Assembly (NCBI GenBank): GCA_048213135.1
Contig: PS015010.1
Span: 1,054,001 to 1,118,000 of the forward strand
Reading direction: 5' to 3'
DNA: 64,000 bases
Source of the DNA: Reclinomonas americana ATCC 50394
Lineage: Eukaryota
The notes under the pieces are model-generated. The model was not told where the DNA came from and did not search any database. It saw only the letters and a list, made by a program, of their open reading frames with translations. Positions 1 to 10,348 of the stretch are shown here, one piece after another (within the stretch, counting starts at the first letter, position 1; each line of letters begins with the position of its first letter). The position numbers and the translations under genes are program-made.

Positions 1-755
1 AACCCTGGCTGATACTCTGGACCGGTCTGCTGTTGTTGTCGTTTTCCCTGCCGGGGAAGAAGAAGATCAAAGTGTATATGATCGGGGATTCTACCATGTG
101 TGTTTATGAAGCCCGCCGGGCACCGCTTACAGGATGGGGTATGCCCTTCGCTAATTTTTTCGACTCCACCGTAACCATCGACAACCGGGCAAGAGGCGGC
201 AGAAGTACACGTACCTTTATCAGCGAGAACCGCTGGCAGCCTGTAGCCGACAACCTGGAAGAAGGCGATTATGTACTGATCCAGTTCGGTCACAATGACG
301 AAGCCAAAGAAGAAAAGTACAAAGACCGTTACACACCGGTGCCGGATTACAAAACCAACCTTACCCGTTTCATTACCGAAACCCGTACCCGCAAGGCCAT
401 ACCCGTGCTCATAACGCCGGTTACGCGTATGCGTTTTGATAAAGAAGGAAAGGCGCAGGAAACACATATGGAATATTCTGCCGCGGTACATGAAGTGGCT
501 GCAACGCTCAGCGTACCGGTCATTGACCTGGATGCCCGCAGCAGGGAATTGTTGCAGCAATGGGGACCTGATAAATCGAAACTGCTGTTCATGCAACTGG
601 AGCCCGGCGAAAACCCGGTGTATCCTGACGGGCAGAAAGACAATACCCATTTCAACGAATTCGGTGCCAGGATCATGGCGCAACTGGTGCTTAAAGAAAT
701 ACAGCAACTCAAACTGGAACTAACGGAAAGAATTATTATACCAACCCGTAAATGA
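1..755 (+). CDS. Rhamnogalacturonan/pectin acetylesterase, SGNH hydrolase (CE12), 5' partial
   Basis: GDST block I, GGRSTR, QFGHND and DNTH motifs. The frame is open from the window start through a hydrophobic signal-like stretch (PWLILWTGLLLLS), so the start is upstream of the window. Confidence 0.9.
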   Translation, partial: PWLILWTGLLLLSFSLPGKKKIKVYMIGDSTMCVYEARRAPLTGWGMPFANFFDSTVTIDNRARGGRSTRTFISENRWQPVADNLEEGDYVLIQFGHNDEAKEEKYKDRYTPVPDYKTNLTRFITETRTRKAIPVLITPVTRMRFDKEGKAQETHMEYSAAVHEVAATLSVPVIDLDARSRELLQQWGPDKSKLLFMQLEPGENPVYPDGQKDNTHFNEFGARIMAQLVLKEIQQLKLELTERIIIPTRK

Positions 756-762
756 TGATGCG

Positions 763-1734
763 ATGAACAGGATCATAGTGATCATACTCCTATTCCTGTC
801 CTGCACAACACAGGCGCAGCCTGTGGTATACCCATCCCGGTTTACCGTAGCCAAAGACGGCACCGGCGATTTCACCAGCATACAGGCCGCCATCTGGGCC
901 GTAAGAGACCTGTCACAACAACGTGTGACCATCTTTATAAAAAAAGGTATTTATGAAGAGAAAGTGGTCATCCCTTCCTGGAAAACAAATATCACTTTAC
1001 AGGGCGAGGACCCCGCAACCACTATTATATCTTACAACGATTTTGCCGGCAAACGCATGAACGGGCAGGATCATTTTTTGAAGACAGACACCATCAGGAC
1101 CTATACCTCGTATACCTTGCTGGTAGAAGGTAACGACTGCAGTATTGAGAACCTCACCATCCGCAATACCGCCGGCAGGGTAGGACAGGCGGTAGCCCTG
1201 CATGTGGAAGGCGACCGCTTTACCGCTAAGAACTGTTACCTGCTGGGCAACCAGGATACCCTGTACGCCGCTACGGAAAACAGCCGCCAGTATTATACAG
1301 GCTGTTATATTGAAGGGACTACCGATTTTATTTTCGGCGAAGCCATTGCGCTGTTCCGCAACTGCACCATTAAAAGCCTCGTCAATTCCTATATTACCGC
1401 CGCTTCAACCCGGCCCGGGCATGATTTTGGTTTTGTGTTCATGAACTGTGATCTTATTGCCGACAGCGCCGCAACAAAAGTATACCTGGGCAGACCCTGG
1501 CGGCCTTATGCCAAAACCGTTTTCATCGATACCCGTATGGGAGCGCATATCCTGAAACAGGGATGGGACAACTGGCGTAACCCTGCCAATGAATCTACCG
1601 TACTGTATGCGGAATACAACAGCAGTGGCGCCGGCGCATCTAAGGAAAGGGCAGCATGGAGTAAACAGCTGACAAGGAAAGAAGCACGCAAGTATACCGT
1701 CGCCCGTATTTTCAATAACTGGACACCTGAATAA
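763..1734 (+). CDS. Pectin methylesterase (CE8)
   Basis: GIYEEKV, QAVAL, QDTL, DFIFG and LGRPW motifs; signal peptide. Confidence 0.95.
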   Translation: MNRIIVIILLFLSCTTQAQPVVYPSRFTVAKDGTGDFTSIQAAIWAVRDLSQQRVTIFIKKGIYEEKVVIPSWKTNITLQGEDPATTIISYNDFAGKRMNGQDHFLKTDTIRTYTSYTLLVEGNDCSIENLTIRNTAGRVGQAVALHVEGDRFTAKNCYLLGNQDTLYAATENSRQYYTGCYIEGTTDFIFGEAIALFRNCTIKSLVNSYITAASTRPGHDFGFVFMNCDLIADSAATKVYLGRPWRPYAKTVFIDTRMGAHILKQGWDNWRNPANESTVLYAEYNSSGAGASKERAAWSKQLTRKEARKYTVARIFNNWTPE

Positions 1735-1750
1735 TGCCGATGAAAAAGTC

Positions 1751-2680
1751 ATGATAAAAAAACTAACCTATAGTATGATGTTCTTCCTGCTGCTTAAGTT
1801 TTCCGCGGCAGCGCAGGAGTTTATACCCCTCTGGCCACAGGGAAAGAAACCCAACTTCAATGGCCGGGCTGTTACGGATACGGTTTATAATGAAAGAATT
1901 TGGCGGGTAGGCACGCCCGGCGTATATGCGTTCCCGGTACCAAAGTCTGAAAATAAAGGAACGGCTGTACTTATTTGTCCGGGTGGCGGATATGAACGTC
2001 TTTCCTACATCTATAATGGTTTTCAGCTTGCCAAATGGTTCAATGTGCAGGGCATCAATGCCTATGTGCTGATCTACCGCCTGCCGCACCAGCAAGACCT
2101 GCAGATCAGGCAGCAGGCTTCGTTGCAGGATGCACAGCGGGCCATGAAACTCATCCGGTCCCGTGCCACCGAATGGGGGATTGATCCGGCAAGGGTAGGA
2201 GTAATGGGCACCAGCGCGGGAGGTCATCTTGCCAGCATGCTGGGCACTTCAACAAGGGATATATCAAAGATCAGCGACAGCCTCGATTCCGTTTCCTGCA
2301 CGCCGGGTTATATGATCCTGTTGTCACCTGTCATCTCTATGGGTAAGTATGCACACGCGGGCAGCAAAAGGAATTTCCTGGGGCCTGACACGACAAGAAC
2401 GATGATCGAAAAATATTCAACGGAAAATTGGGTTACACCGGAAACACCGCCTGTGTTTATGGCACATGCGCAAAACGACAGCACTGTAAAAGTGAACAAC
2501 AGCCTGCTGTTTTACAATGCGCTTATTGAAAAGAAAGTACAGGCCAGTATTCATATTTTCCCGCAGGGCGGACATGGCATTGCGCTGGTGGACAATCCCG
2601 GTTCAACAGCATTGTGGCTCGACCTGCTGAGGCTGTGGATGGAGGAAAAAAAGTTCATCGCACCTATACCGAAAAAATAA
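1751..2680 (+). CDS. Secreted alpha/beta-hydrolase esterase (acetyl/feruloyl esterase-like)
   Basis: PGGGY oxyanion motif, GTSAGG nucleophile elbow, Asp and GGHG His; signal peptide. Confidence 0.85.
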   Translation: MIKKLTYSMMFFLLLKFSAAAQEFIPLWPQGKKPNFNGRAVTDTVYNERIWRVGTPGVYAFPVPKSENKGTAVLICPGGGYERLSYIYNGFQLAKWFNVQGINAYVLIYRLPHQQDLQIRQQASLQDAQRAMKLIRSRATEWGIDPARVGVMGTSAGGHLASMLGTSTRDISKISDSLDSVSCTPGYMILLSPVISMGKYAHAGSKRNFLGPDTTRTMIEKYSTENWVTPETPPVFMAHAQNDSTVKVNNSLLFYNALIEKKVQASIHIFPQGGHGIALVDNPGSTALWLDLLRLWMEEKKFIAPIPKK

Positions 2681-3643
2681 ATGAGATTAACAGCGATCAT
2701 ATCTTTCCTGCTCCTGCTGCCGTGGTCATTGGTAACCGCACAGCAACCCGTGCCCAGGGATACTTCCTTTACCATCCGGGCGACCTATATCAAGGAGAAA
2801 AAATACAGGTCTTATATTGAAATAGCGCTTCCCAAAAACGATCCTGCTGTAAAAAGTAAAGCGGATATACCTTACCGGTATACCGGTAACCGCAACCTGC
2901 TGCTCGATATTTATTATCCCAAAAAGAAGAAACCCCGTCACCCTGCCGTGCTGCTCATCTTTGGTGGTGGCTGGCGCTCCGGCGATAAATCGCAGAACCA
3001 GGCCATGGCGATGGAACTCGCTTCGAAAGGATACGTGGCTGTGAGCGCCGAATACAGGCTGACACCCGAAGCCGTTTATCCTGCTGCCGTTCACGACCTG
3101 AAAGCAGCCATACGATGGATGCGGCGTTATGCGAAACAATATGGCATCGATACATCCAGGATCGCGGTACTGGGTTGCTCCGCCGGCGGACAACTGGCCG
3201 CACTGGTGGGCACAACCAGCAATGACCCGGCTTTTGATGAACCGCAGCCGCAATACCCCGGTGTTTCTCCAAATGTGCAGGCCATTATCGATATAGATGG
3301 TGTATTGGCCTTCCATCATCCTGAATCAGCAGAAGGAACTGTGGCAGCACAATGGCTCAGCGGTACCTACCCCGAGAATCCCGCCAATTGGGAAGCGGCA
3401 TCGGCATTGAATCATGTCAATGCCAACACGCCACCGGTCTTATTCGTCAACAGCTCTTTACCCAGGTTCCACGCCGGCAGGGACGATATGATCGCGAAGA
3501 TGAACCAATTGGGTATTTACAGCGAAGTGCATACACTGCCCGATACACCACATCCGTTCTGGTTCTTCCATCCCTGGTTCAACACGCTGATGGAATACTG
3601 CGTCGCCTTTCTCAACAAAACATTTACATACAACCAGCCATGA
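2681..3643 (+). CDS. Secreted alpha/beta-hydrolase esterase
   Basis: FGGGW, GCSAGG, YRL...YPAAVHD, C-terminal PHPFW; signal peptide. Confidence 0.85.
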   Translation: MRLTAIISFLLLLPWSLVTAQQPVPRDTSFTIRATYIKEKKYRSYIEIALPKNDPAVKSKADIPYRYTGNRNLLLDIYYPKKKKPRHPAVLLIFGGGWRSGDKSQNQAMAMELASKGYVAVSAEYRLTPEAVYPAAVHDLKAAIRWMRRYAKQYGIDTSRIAVLGCSAGGQLAALVGTTSNDPAFDEPQPQYPGVSPNVQAIIDIDGVLAFHHPESAEGTVAAQWLSGTYPENPANWEAASALNHVNANTPPVLFVNSSLPRFHAGRDDMIAKMNQLGIYSEVHTLPDTPHPFWFFHPWFNTLMEYCVAFLNKTFTYNQP

Positions 3644-4599
3644 GTAAACTGTCGATGCTTCTTATATCATTCTTTATTACGGGAACTGTTGCTGCGCAGC
3701 AGAAAACGATCATCGTGGCAAAAGACGGATCGGGGCAGTACAGTACGATGCAGGCGGCGATTGACGCCATACCGGCTGGCAATACACAAACGGTTACCAT
3801 AAAAGTGAAGAAAGGCATTTACCGCGAAGTGGTAACGATAGCTACGGGGAAAAATCACATCAGCCTTTCAGGCGAAGGAAAAGACAATACCATCATCAGT
3901 TTCAACAACCACACCGGAACGGTACTGCCCAACGGTGATACCGTGAATACACCTACCAGCGCCTCGGTTTTTGTTTTTGCCGATGACTTTCATGCCGATC
4001 ATATCGGTTTTCAGAATGACGCGGGTTTTACAGCAGGCCAGGCCGTCGCGTTGCGGGTACATGGCGACAGGGCATCATTCACGGATTGTGCCATGACCGG
4101 CTTCCAGGATGTGCTCTACCTGAGCGGGAGCAGAGTGCGGCAGTTTTTCGACAACTGTTATATCGAAGGAACAACGGATTTTATTTTCGGTGCTGCCACA
4201 GCCATCTTTCGCAATTGCCACATACACAGCAAAAAAAACAGCCATGTTACCGCGGCATCCACACCGGCGGACGTGCCTTATGGTTTTGTATTTTTTAATT
4301 GCAGGCTGACAGCCGACACCAATGTGAACAAAGTATCGCTGGGCCGGCCCTGGCGCCCCGCGTCGAGTGTGACCTACATCAATTGCAGTATGGATGCGCA
4401 TATCATTCCCGAAGGTTGGAACAACTGGAAGAACCCCGCGAACGAAGCCACGGCCCGTTATGCCGAATACCGCAGCACAGGAGCGGGTGCGAGCCCGGTA
4501 ACACGGGTGTCCTGGTCAAAACAACTGAATGACGCAGAGGTAAAACAATACAGCTTTAAAAATATATTGGGGAACTGGGATCCCTTATCAAAACAGTAA
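3640..4599 (+). CDS. Pectin methylesterase (CE8), second copy
   Basis: GIYREVV, QAVAL, QDVL, DFIFG, LGRPW. ATG at 3640 overlaps the upstream stop (ATGA) and gives a signal peptide; the 3352 start in the ORF track is an over-extension. Confidence 0.93.
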   Translation: MSKLSMLLISFFITGTVAAQQKTIIVAKDGSGQYSTMQAAIDAIPAGNTQTVTIKVKKGIYREVVTIATGKNHISLSGEGKDNTIISFNNHTGTVLPNGDTVNTPTSASVFVFADDFHADHIGFQNDAGFTAGQAVALRVHGDRASFTDCAMTGFQDVLYLSGSRVRQFFDNCYIEGTTDFIFGAATAIFRNCHIHSKKNSHVTAASTPADVPYGFVFFNCRLTADTNVNKVSLGRPWRPASSVTYINCSMDAHIIPEGWNNWKNPANEATARYAEYRSTGAGASPVTRVSWSKQLNDAEVKQYSFKNILGNWDPLSKQ

Positions 4600-4634
4600 A
4601 TTGTGATTCATTTTATTGATCACTATTTAAACCG

Positions 4635-5678
4635 ATGAACGTGCAACCGATACAAACAGCTTTATGTTCTTTTGGAATGAGCGGCTGGGTATTTCATGCC
4701 CCCTTCATTCATATACATCCCGGGTTCAACCTGTATGCCGTGGTGGAACGCACCAAAAACCTGGCTGCTGAAAAATACCCCGGCGTTATCACTTATCGTT
4801 CACTGGAAGATATGCTGGCAGATGATGCCATAGAACTGGTGGTGGTGAACACGCCGAATTCCACACATTATGAATTCACCAAGAAAGCACTAAAAGCCGG
4901 TAAACATGTGCTGGTGGAAAAACCTTTTACCACGGATATGGCACAGGCGGAAGAACTGATTGCCCTGGCAAAAGAAAAGAACCTCCGCTTATCGGTTTAC
5001 CAGAACCGACGCTGGGACAGTGATTTTAAAACAGTAAAGAAAGTACTGTCGGAACAGCAACTGGGAAATATCGTGGAAGCGGAATTTCATTTCGACCGTT
5101 TCAGTGAAACCCTCAGTATCAAACAGCATAAAGAAACGCCCGGCCCGGGAGCAGGGATCTTATATGACCTGGGTTCACATCTTATCGACCAGGCGCTTCA
5201 GTTGTTTGGAATGCCTTTGGAAATATTTGCCGATGTAGCTATTATGCGACCCATTGCCAAAGTGGATGATTATTTCGAACTGCTGTTGAACTACGGCGCT
5301 TTCCGCGTACGCCTGAAAGGCAGTCACCAGGTAAAGGAAGTATTACCCTCCTTTATCATTCATGGCTCCGCTGGCAGTTTTATTAAATCCCGTGCCGATG
5401 TGCAGGAGGCCGACCTTCAGCGGTTGAAACCACTCAGCGATGCCGACTGGGGCCACGAACCAGCTGAGGCCAAAGGTGTGCTGAATACCGTAGCAGGAGG
5501 AAGACAGTTTATTGATTCGGAAACAGGCAATTATCTCGGCCTGTATGAAGGCCTATACAAAGCGCTTCGTGAAGGTGCTCCATTGCCGGTGACAGCGGAA
5601 GAAGGAAGCGATGTGATCAGGATCATAGAAGCGGCTTATGAGAGCTCACGACAAAAAAAATGGATCGGTATCACCTGA
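4635..5678 (+). CDS. Gfo/Idh/MocA family NAD(P)-dependent oxidoreductase (YdgJ-like)
   Basis: Rossmann N-terminus, EKP motif, YQNRRWDSDF, DLGSH. Confidence 0.9.
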   Translation: MNVQPIQTALCSFGMSGWVFHAPFIHIHPGFNLYAVVERTKNLAAEKYPGVITYRSLEDMLADDAIELVVVNTPNSTHYEFTKKALKAGKHVLVEKPFTTDMAQAEELIALAKEKNLRLSVYQNRRWDSDFKTVKKVLSEQQLGNIVEAEFHFDRFSETLSIKQHKETPGPGAGILYDLGSHLIDQALQLFGMPLEIFADVAIMRPIAKVDDYFELLLNYGAFRVRLKGSHQVKEVLPSFIIHGSAGSFIKSRADVQEADLQRLKPLSDADWGHEPAEAKGVLNTVAGGRQFIDSETGNYLGLYEGLYKALREGAPLPVTAEEGSDVIRIIEAAYESSRQKKWIGIT

Positions 5679-5685
5679 TGCCGCG

Positions 5686-7308
5686 ATGAAAAATATGAAG
5701 GGAATACAAAAACAAATGGCCTGCTGCCTGTTGATGCTTTGCAGCATAGGGTTATTGCAGGCGCAGCAGGTATCAAAAGTATGGGTGGCCGATAATGGTA
5801 ATGGTACTTATACCAACCCGGTGCTGAATGCTGATTATTCTGATCCTGATGCGATCCGTGTGGGCAATGATTTTTATATGACGGCATCCAGTTTTGACGC
5901 GGTGCCCGGGCTGCCCATCCTTCATTCCAAAGACCTCGTGAACTGGACCCTCATCGGTCATGCCCTGCACCGCCAGCCGCCGGTGGATCATTTCTCAAAA
6001 ACACAGCATGGCAACGGCGTTTGGGCTCCGGCCATACGTTACCACAACAAAGAATTTTACATCTACTATCCCGACCCGGATTTCGGCATTTACCTCATTA
6101 AGGCAAAAGATATCCGCGGCCCCTGGTCGGAACCCGTACTGGTGGAAGGCGGTAAAGGATTGATCGACCCATGCCCGTTGTGGGATGATGATGGAAAAGT
6201 ATACCTCGTGCATGCCTTCGCGGGAAGTCGGGCCGGTATTAAATCGGTCATCATTATAAAAAAAATGAATGCAGAAGGAACACGTACTGCTGACGCAGGT
6301 GTGCTGGTGTACGACGGGCATGAACTGGACCCTACCATTGAAGGACCAAAGTTGTATAAACGCAATGGCTACTACTACATCATGGCGCCGGCAGGCGGTG
6401 TATCTACTGGCTGGCAGCTCGTACTTCGTTCCAAAAATATCTACGGCCCTTACGAAAGAAAAGTGGTCATGCAGCAGGGCGCCACATCTGTGAATGGTCC
6501 GCACCAGGGCGCATGGGTAAATACGCCTGCCGGTGAAGACTGGTTCCTGCACTTCCAGGACAAAGACGCCTATGGCCGCGTAGTACACCTGCAGCCCATG
6601 CAGTGGAAAAATAATTGGCCGGTCATTGGTACCGATAAGGATGGAGACGGAAACGGTGAACCGGTGTTGCAATACAAAAAACCGGCGGTACCTGTTCAAC
6701 CCATAATAACCCCGCAGGAGTCGGATGACTTTAACGCATATGCGATGGGACTTCAGTGGCAGTGGCAGGCCAATCCAAAAGCACAATGGAGTTTTTGCAC
6801 CGGCACACACCTGCGCCTCTACAGCCAGGCGTTTACGGATACCGTGCGCAATCTCTGGGACCTGCCGAATGTACTCCTGCAAAAATTTCCGGCAGAACAT
6901 TTTACCGCCACAACAAAACTGAGTTTTAAACCGAGGCTGGAGGGAGAACGTACCGGGCTGGTGGTGATGGGCAGCGATTACGCGGGACTGTTAGTGCAGA
7001 AAAAAAGTGATGGCATTTACCTGATGGCGGTCACCTGCACACAGGCAGATAAAGGCAAACCCGAAAAAGAGACGCTCCTTACCAGGCTTGGCAATGCCGG
7101 TATATGGCTCAGGGCAACGGTAAACCCGGGTGCTGTGGTGACGTTCAGCTACAGCACGGATGGTGTGACTTACCAGCCGGTGGAGGGCAGCTTTACCGCT
7201 AAGCCCGGTCGGTGGATCGGTGCTAAACTGGGAATCTTCTGCCAGCGCAGTGTCAATACCAATGATGCCGGCTATGCCGATTTTGATTTTTTTACCATAG
7301 ATAAATGA
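5686..7308 (+). CDS. Glycoside hydrolase family 43 with C-terminal beta-sandwich
   Basis: YSDPD, WAP, IDP, EGP and HQG five-bladed propeller motifs; signal peptide. Start inferred. Confidence 0.92.
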   Translation: MKNMKGIQKQMACCLLMLCSIGLLQAQQVSKVWVADNGNGTYTNPVLNADYSDPDAIRVGNDFYMTASSFDAVPGLPILHSKDLVNWTLIGHALHRQPPVDHFSKTQHGNGVWAPAIRYHNKEFYIYYPDPDFGIYLIKAKDIRGPWSEPVLVEGGKGLIDPCPLWDDDGKVYLVHAFAGSRAGIKSVIIIKKMNAEGTRTADAGVLVYDGHELDPTIEGPKLYKRNGYYYIMAPAGGVSTGWQLVLRSKNIYGPYERKVVMQQGATSVNGPHQGAWVNTPAGEDWFLHFQDKDAYGRVVHLQPMQWKNNWPVIGTDKDGDGNGEPVLQYKKPAVPVQPIITPQESDDFNAYAMGLQWQWQANPKAQWSFCTGTHLRLYSQAFTDTVRNLWDLPNVLLQKFPAEHFTATTKLSFKPRLEGERTGLVVMGSDYAGLLVQKKSDGIYLMAVTCTQADKGKPEKETLLTRLGNAGIWLRATVNPGAVVTFSYSTDGVTYQPVEGSFTAKPGRWIGAKLGIFCQRSVNTNDAGYADFDFFTIDK

Positions 7309-7745
7309 AAGACACAATGAGAAAAATAGTTGTTTTCCTGCTGCTGATCAGCGCTGCATCTTTGGCACAGGCACAATCGAAAGAGGAGAAGGCTGTTGCT
7401 GCCGCTGTGGAAGCGCTCCGGGTGGCCATGGTGAATGCCGATTCAGTGACGCTTGATAAACTCACATCAGACCAGCTCAGTTACGGGCATTCCAGCGGGC
7501 ACGTGGAAGGTAAATCATCGTTCATTAACAAGATCAGCAGCGGAAGGTCGGATTTTGTGAGCATTGAACTGCCGGACCAGGTCATTATCGTTTCAGGAAA
7601 AACGGCGTTGGTAAGACATACCCTCAACGCCGTGACCAACGACGGAGGCAAGGCCGGTGAGGTGCATTTGTCGGTGTTGCTGGTGTGGCAAAAGCAGCAC
7701 GGGGACTGGAAATTGCTGGCCAGGCAGGCCGTAAAAAAAGCATAA
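7305..7745 (+). CDS. Secreted NTF2-like (DUF4440) protein
   Basis: Signal peptide; LSYGHSSG...VWQKQHGDWKLLARQ pattern. Confidence 0.8.
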   Translation: MKDTMRKIVVFLLLISAASLAQAQSKEEKAVAAAVEALRVAMVNADSVTLDKLTSDQLSYGHSSGHVEGKSSFINKISSGRSDFVSIELPDQVIIVSGKTALVRHTLNAVTNDGGKAGEVHLSVLLVWQKQHGDWKLLARQAVKKA

Positions 7746-7776
7746 AAAGGGAGCCGGTGCGGAGCGTTAACGTTAT

Positions 7777-7792
7777 CGGGAACGATTGCGTA
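7777..7792. promoter_or_regulatory. Putative LacI-family operator upstream of the CE12-GH28 to uxaC gene run
   Basis: CGGGAACGATTGCGTA is 14/16 identical to CGGTAACGTTTGCGTA at 23150-23165. Confidence 0.6.
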
Positions 7793-7945
7793 AATAAACG
7801 CTTTCCATTGTTGTAAAACCTTTGAAATTATCGGTAAAATTGTCCAGTAAACGATTGATTTGCAATGCGTGTTTTATCACCATTTTTTCAATATCCCAGG
7901 CCGGTTCCGGTCGCGACGCGTACAAACAATACAACCATACATATT

Positions 7946-10348
7946 TTGAAAAAATTTGCAGCCATAGTCCTGCTGGTCATCACAGGATTCGCTTTCTGGA
8001 TTCCCGATCGCAAGCCCGTGATCTTTCTCATTGGCGACAGTACCATGGCCAATAAACCGGCCGGCGACAACCCGGAAAGGGGATGGGGGCAGCTGCTGCC
8101 GCAATACCTTACCGATGCCGTTGAAGTGCAGAACCACGCCGTTAATGGCAGAAGCACCAAAAGCTTTATCAATGAACACCGCTGGGATACGGTGATGAGC
8201 AGGCTGAAAGCCGGTGACTATGTGTTGATACAGTTTGGTCATAATGATAGTAAGACAGATGATAGCAATCGTTCGGCTCCGGCACATACCCTTTACAGGG
8301 AAAACCTGCTGCGCTTTATCAGTGATGTGCGCAGCAGGGGTGCCTTTCCTGTACTCATTACACCTGTCATGCGCAGGAAATTTGATGAACAGGGAAAATT
8401 CGTTGACCAGCACGGTGATTATCCTTCAGTAGTAAAAGAAGTAGGCGAACTCACCAAAACACCGGTGATCGACCTGCACAAAAGCAGCGAAGCACTGATC
8501 GTTAAAGAAGGCGTGGAAGGGTCCAAGCGGCTTTTCCTGCACATACCGCCCAATCATTTTGCTGCTTACAAGGGCAAGGAAGAAGACAATACCCATTTCA
8601 GCGAGTACGGCGCCGCCAGCATGGCATCATTGGTTTGCCAGGGTATCAAAGACCTGAACCTGCCCATTTCCCAATACCTGAAACCATCGGAGTTTGATCA
8701 GAAACTGGCATTTGAACTGCCGAAAATATACGAGCCGCATTTCAAAAGAGATACTGTCAGTATTATGAGTTATGGCGCTGTTGCCGACGGAATGACACTT
8801 AATACTGTAGCCATCAACAAAGCTATAACCGAATGTGCCGCCAAAGGCGGCGGTACGGTAGTGATACCCAGGGGTTCTTTCGTTACCGGCCCCATCATCA
8901 TGAAAAGCAATATCAACCTGCATTTACAGAAAGGTGCACTGGTGATTTTCAGCTCCGATTTCAACCAGTTTCCGCTGGTGGTATCTTCCTTTGAAGGCGT
9001 GGATGCCGCCCGCTGCCAGTCGCCGGTAGTGGCCGAAGAACTGACCAATATCGCCATCACCGGCGAAGGCATCATGAACGGCAACGGGTTTTACTGGAGG
9101 CCGGTGCCCAAAGGTAAACTGAGCGACAGTGAATGGAAGAACCACATCAAAAAGTATGGCGGTGTGGTGTCGGAAGAAAAGAAAATGTGGTACAGTTCCG
9201 AAAAAGCATTGAAAGGTTCACTCAACAACAATATCGGTAAACTGAAAGGAGGGAAGACCCTCGCTGATTTTGAAGACATCAAGGATTACCTGCGACCCAA
9301 TATGATCCGCATTTCAAAATGTACCAATGTGCTTATTGAAGGCGTGACGTTTGAGAACAGCCCGGCCTGGACCACCCACCTGGCCCTGAGCCAGCACATC
9401 ACCATCCGCGGATTGAAAGTAAAGAACCCCTGGTATGGTACCAATACCGACGCCCTTGACCTGGAAAGCTGCAGCAATGCACTTGTGGAAGATTGTGTAT
9501 TTGATACAGGTGATGACGGCATCTGCATCAAAAGCGGCAGGGATGAAGAAGGACGCAAACGCGGTGTGCCCACCAAAGACGTGATCGTAAAGAATTGTAC
9601 TGTATATCACGCCCATGGCGGCTTTGTGGTAGGCAGCGAAATGAGCGGAGGCGTAAGCAATATGTTTGTGAGCGACTGTAATTTCATTGGCAGCGACATT
9701 GGTTTGCGTTTCAAGACCACCCGTGGCCGTGGTGGTTTGGTGGAAAATATTTACGTGAATAACGTCAACATGAAAGAGATCCCCGCCGAAGCGATTCTGT
9801 TTGATATGTACTATATGGCGAAAGATCCCGTGGCATTGAACGGTGAAAAAAGGGAACCACCCAAAGTGGAAGCAAAACCTGTTGATGAAACCACACCACG
9901 GTTCAGGAATTTTTATTTCAGCGATATTACCTGCAACGGTGCTGCCAAAGGCATTTTCATAAGAGGTATACCCGAAATGCATATCGAGAATGTGAACATC
10001 CGCAACGCGGTATTACAGGCCGATGAAGGCATCGACATACAGGAAGCCAGCCGCATCCGCCTGGAAAATATTACCATGATGAGCCGCAACACCAAACCGG
10101 TGGTATATGTGCTCAACAGCGATTCCGTTTACATCAGCAAACTGGTGTACAAAGACAGCGCCGATGTGTTACTGATGGCGCAGGGCGATCGCACCCGCGA
10201 CATCCGTTTGTGGAACAGCAATACCAGCGCCGCACGCCAGCAACTGGATGCAGGTTTTGGTACCACCGCTGCAGCAATAAGCTGGGCGCCGGCAGTGACC
10301 GAGACGGAAAAGAAAAATAAAAAGAACAAAAAGAAAAACGGCAAGTGA
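7946..10348 (+). CDS. Fusion: CE12 acetylesterase + GH28 polygalacturonase/rhamnogalacturonase
   Basis: N-terminal GDST/QFGHND/DNTH; C-terminal NTD, GDD, HG and RFK GH28 motifs. TTG at 7946 gives a signal peptide (the ORF track starts at 7865). Confidence 0.92.
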   Translation: MKKFAAIVLLVITGFAFWIPDRKPVIFLIGDSTMANKPAGDNPERGWGQLLPQYLTDAVEVQNHAVNGRSTKSFINEHRWDTVMSRLKAGDYVLIQFGHNDSKTDDSNRSAPAHTLYRENLLRFISDVRSRGAFPVLITPVMRRKFDEQGKFVDQHGDYPSVVKEVGELTKTPVIDLHKSSEALIVKEGVEGSKRLFLHIPPNHFAAYKGKEEDNTHFSEYGAASMASLVCQGIKDLNLPISQYLKPSEFDQKLAFELPKIYEPHFKRDTVSIMSYGAVADGMTLNTVAINKAITECAAKGGGTVVIPRGSFVTGPIIMKSNINLHLQKGALVIFSSDFNQFPLVVSSFEGVDAARCQSPVVAEELTNIAITGEGIMNGNGFYWRPVPKGKLSDSEWKNHIKKYGGVVSEEKKMWYSSEKALKGSLNNNIGKLKGGKTLADFEDIKDYLRPNMIRISKCTNVLIEGVTFENSPAWTTHLALSQHITIRGLKVKNPWYGTNTDALDLESCSNALVEDCVFDTGDDGICIKSGRDEEGRKRGVPTKDVIVKNCTVYHAHGGFVVGSEMSGGVSNMFVSDCNFIGSDIGLRFKTTRGRGGLVENIYVNNVNMKEIPAEAILFDMYYMAKDPVALNGEKREPPKVEAKPVDETTPRFRNFYFSDITCNGAAKGIFIRGIPEMHIENVNIRNAVLQADEGIDIQEASRIRLENITMMSRNTKPVVYVLNSDSVYISKLVYKDSADVLLMAQGDRTRDIRLWNSNTSAARQQLDAGFGTTAAAISWAPAVTETEKKNKKNKKKNGK

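Noticed and set aside
4578-5160. Avoidance of RGATCY as support for the BstYI-like specificity
   Set aside because: Sites are present in host genes (GGATCC at 4578, GGATCT at 5155, among others). I saw none in the cassette, but it is too short for that to be meaningful.
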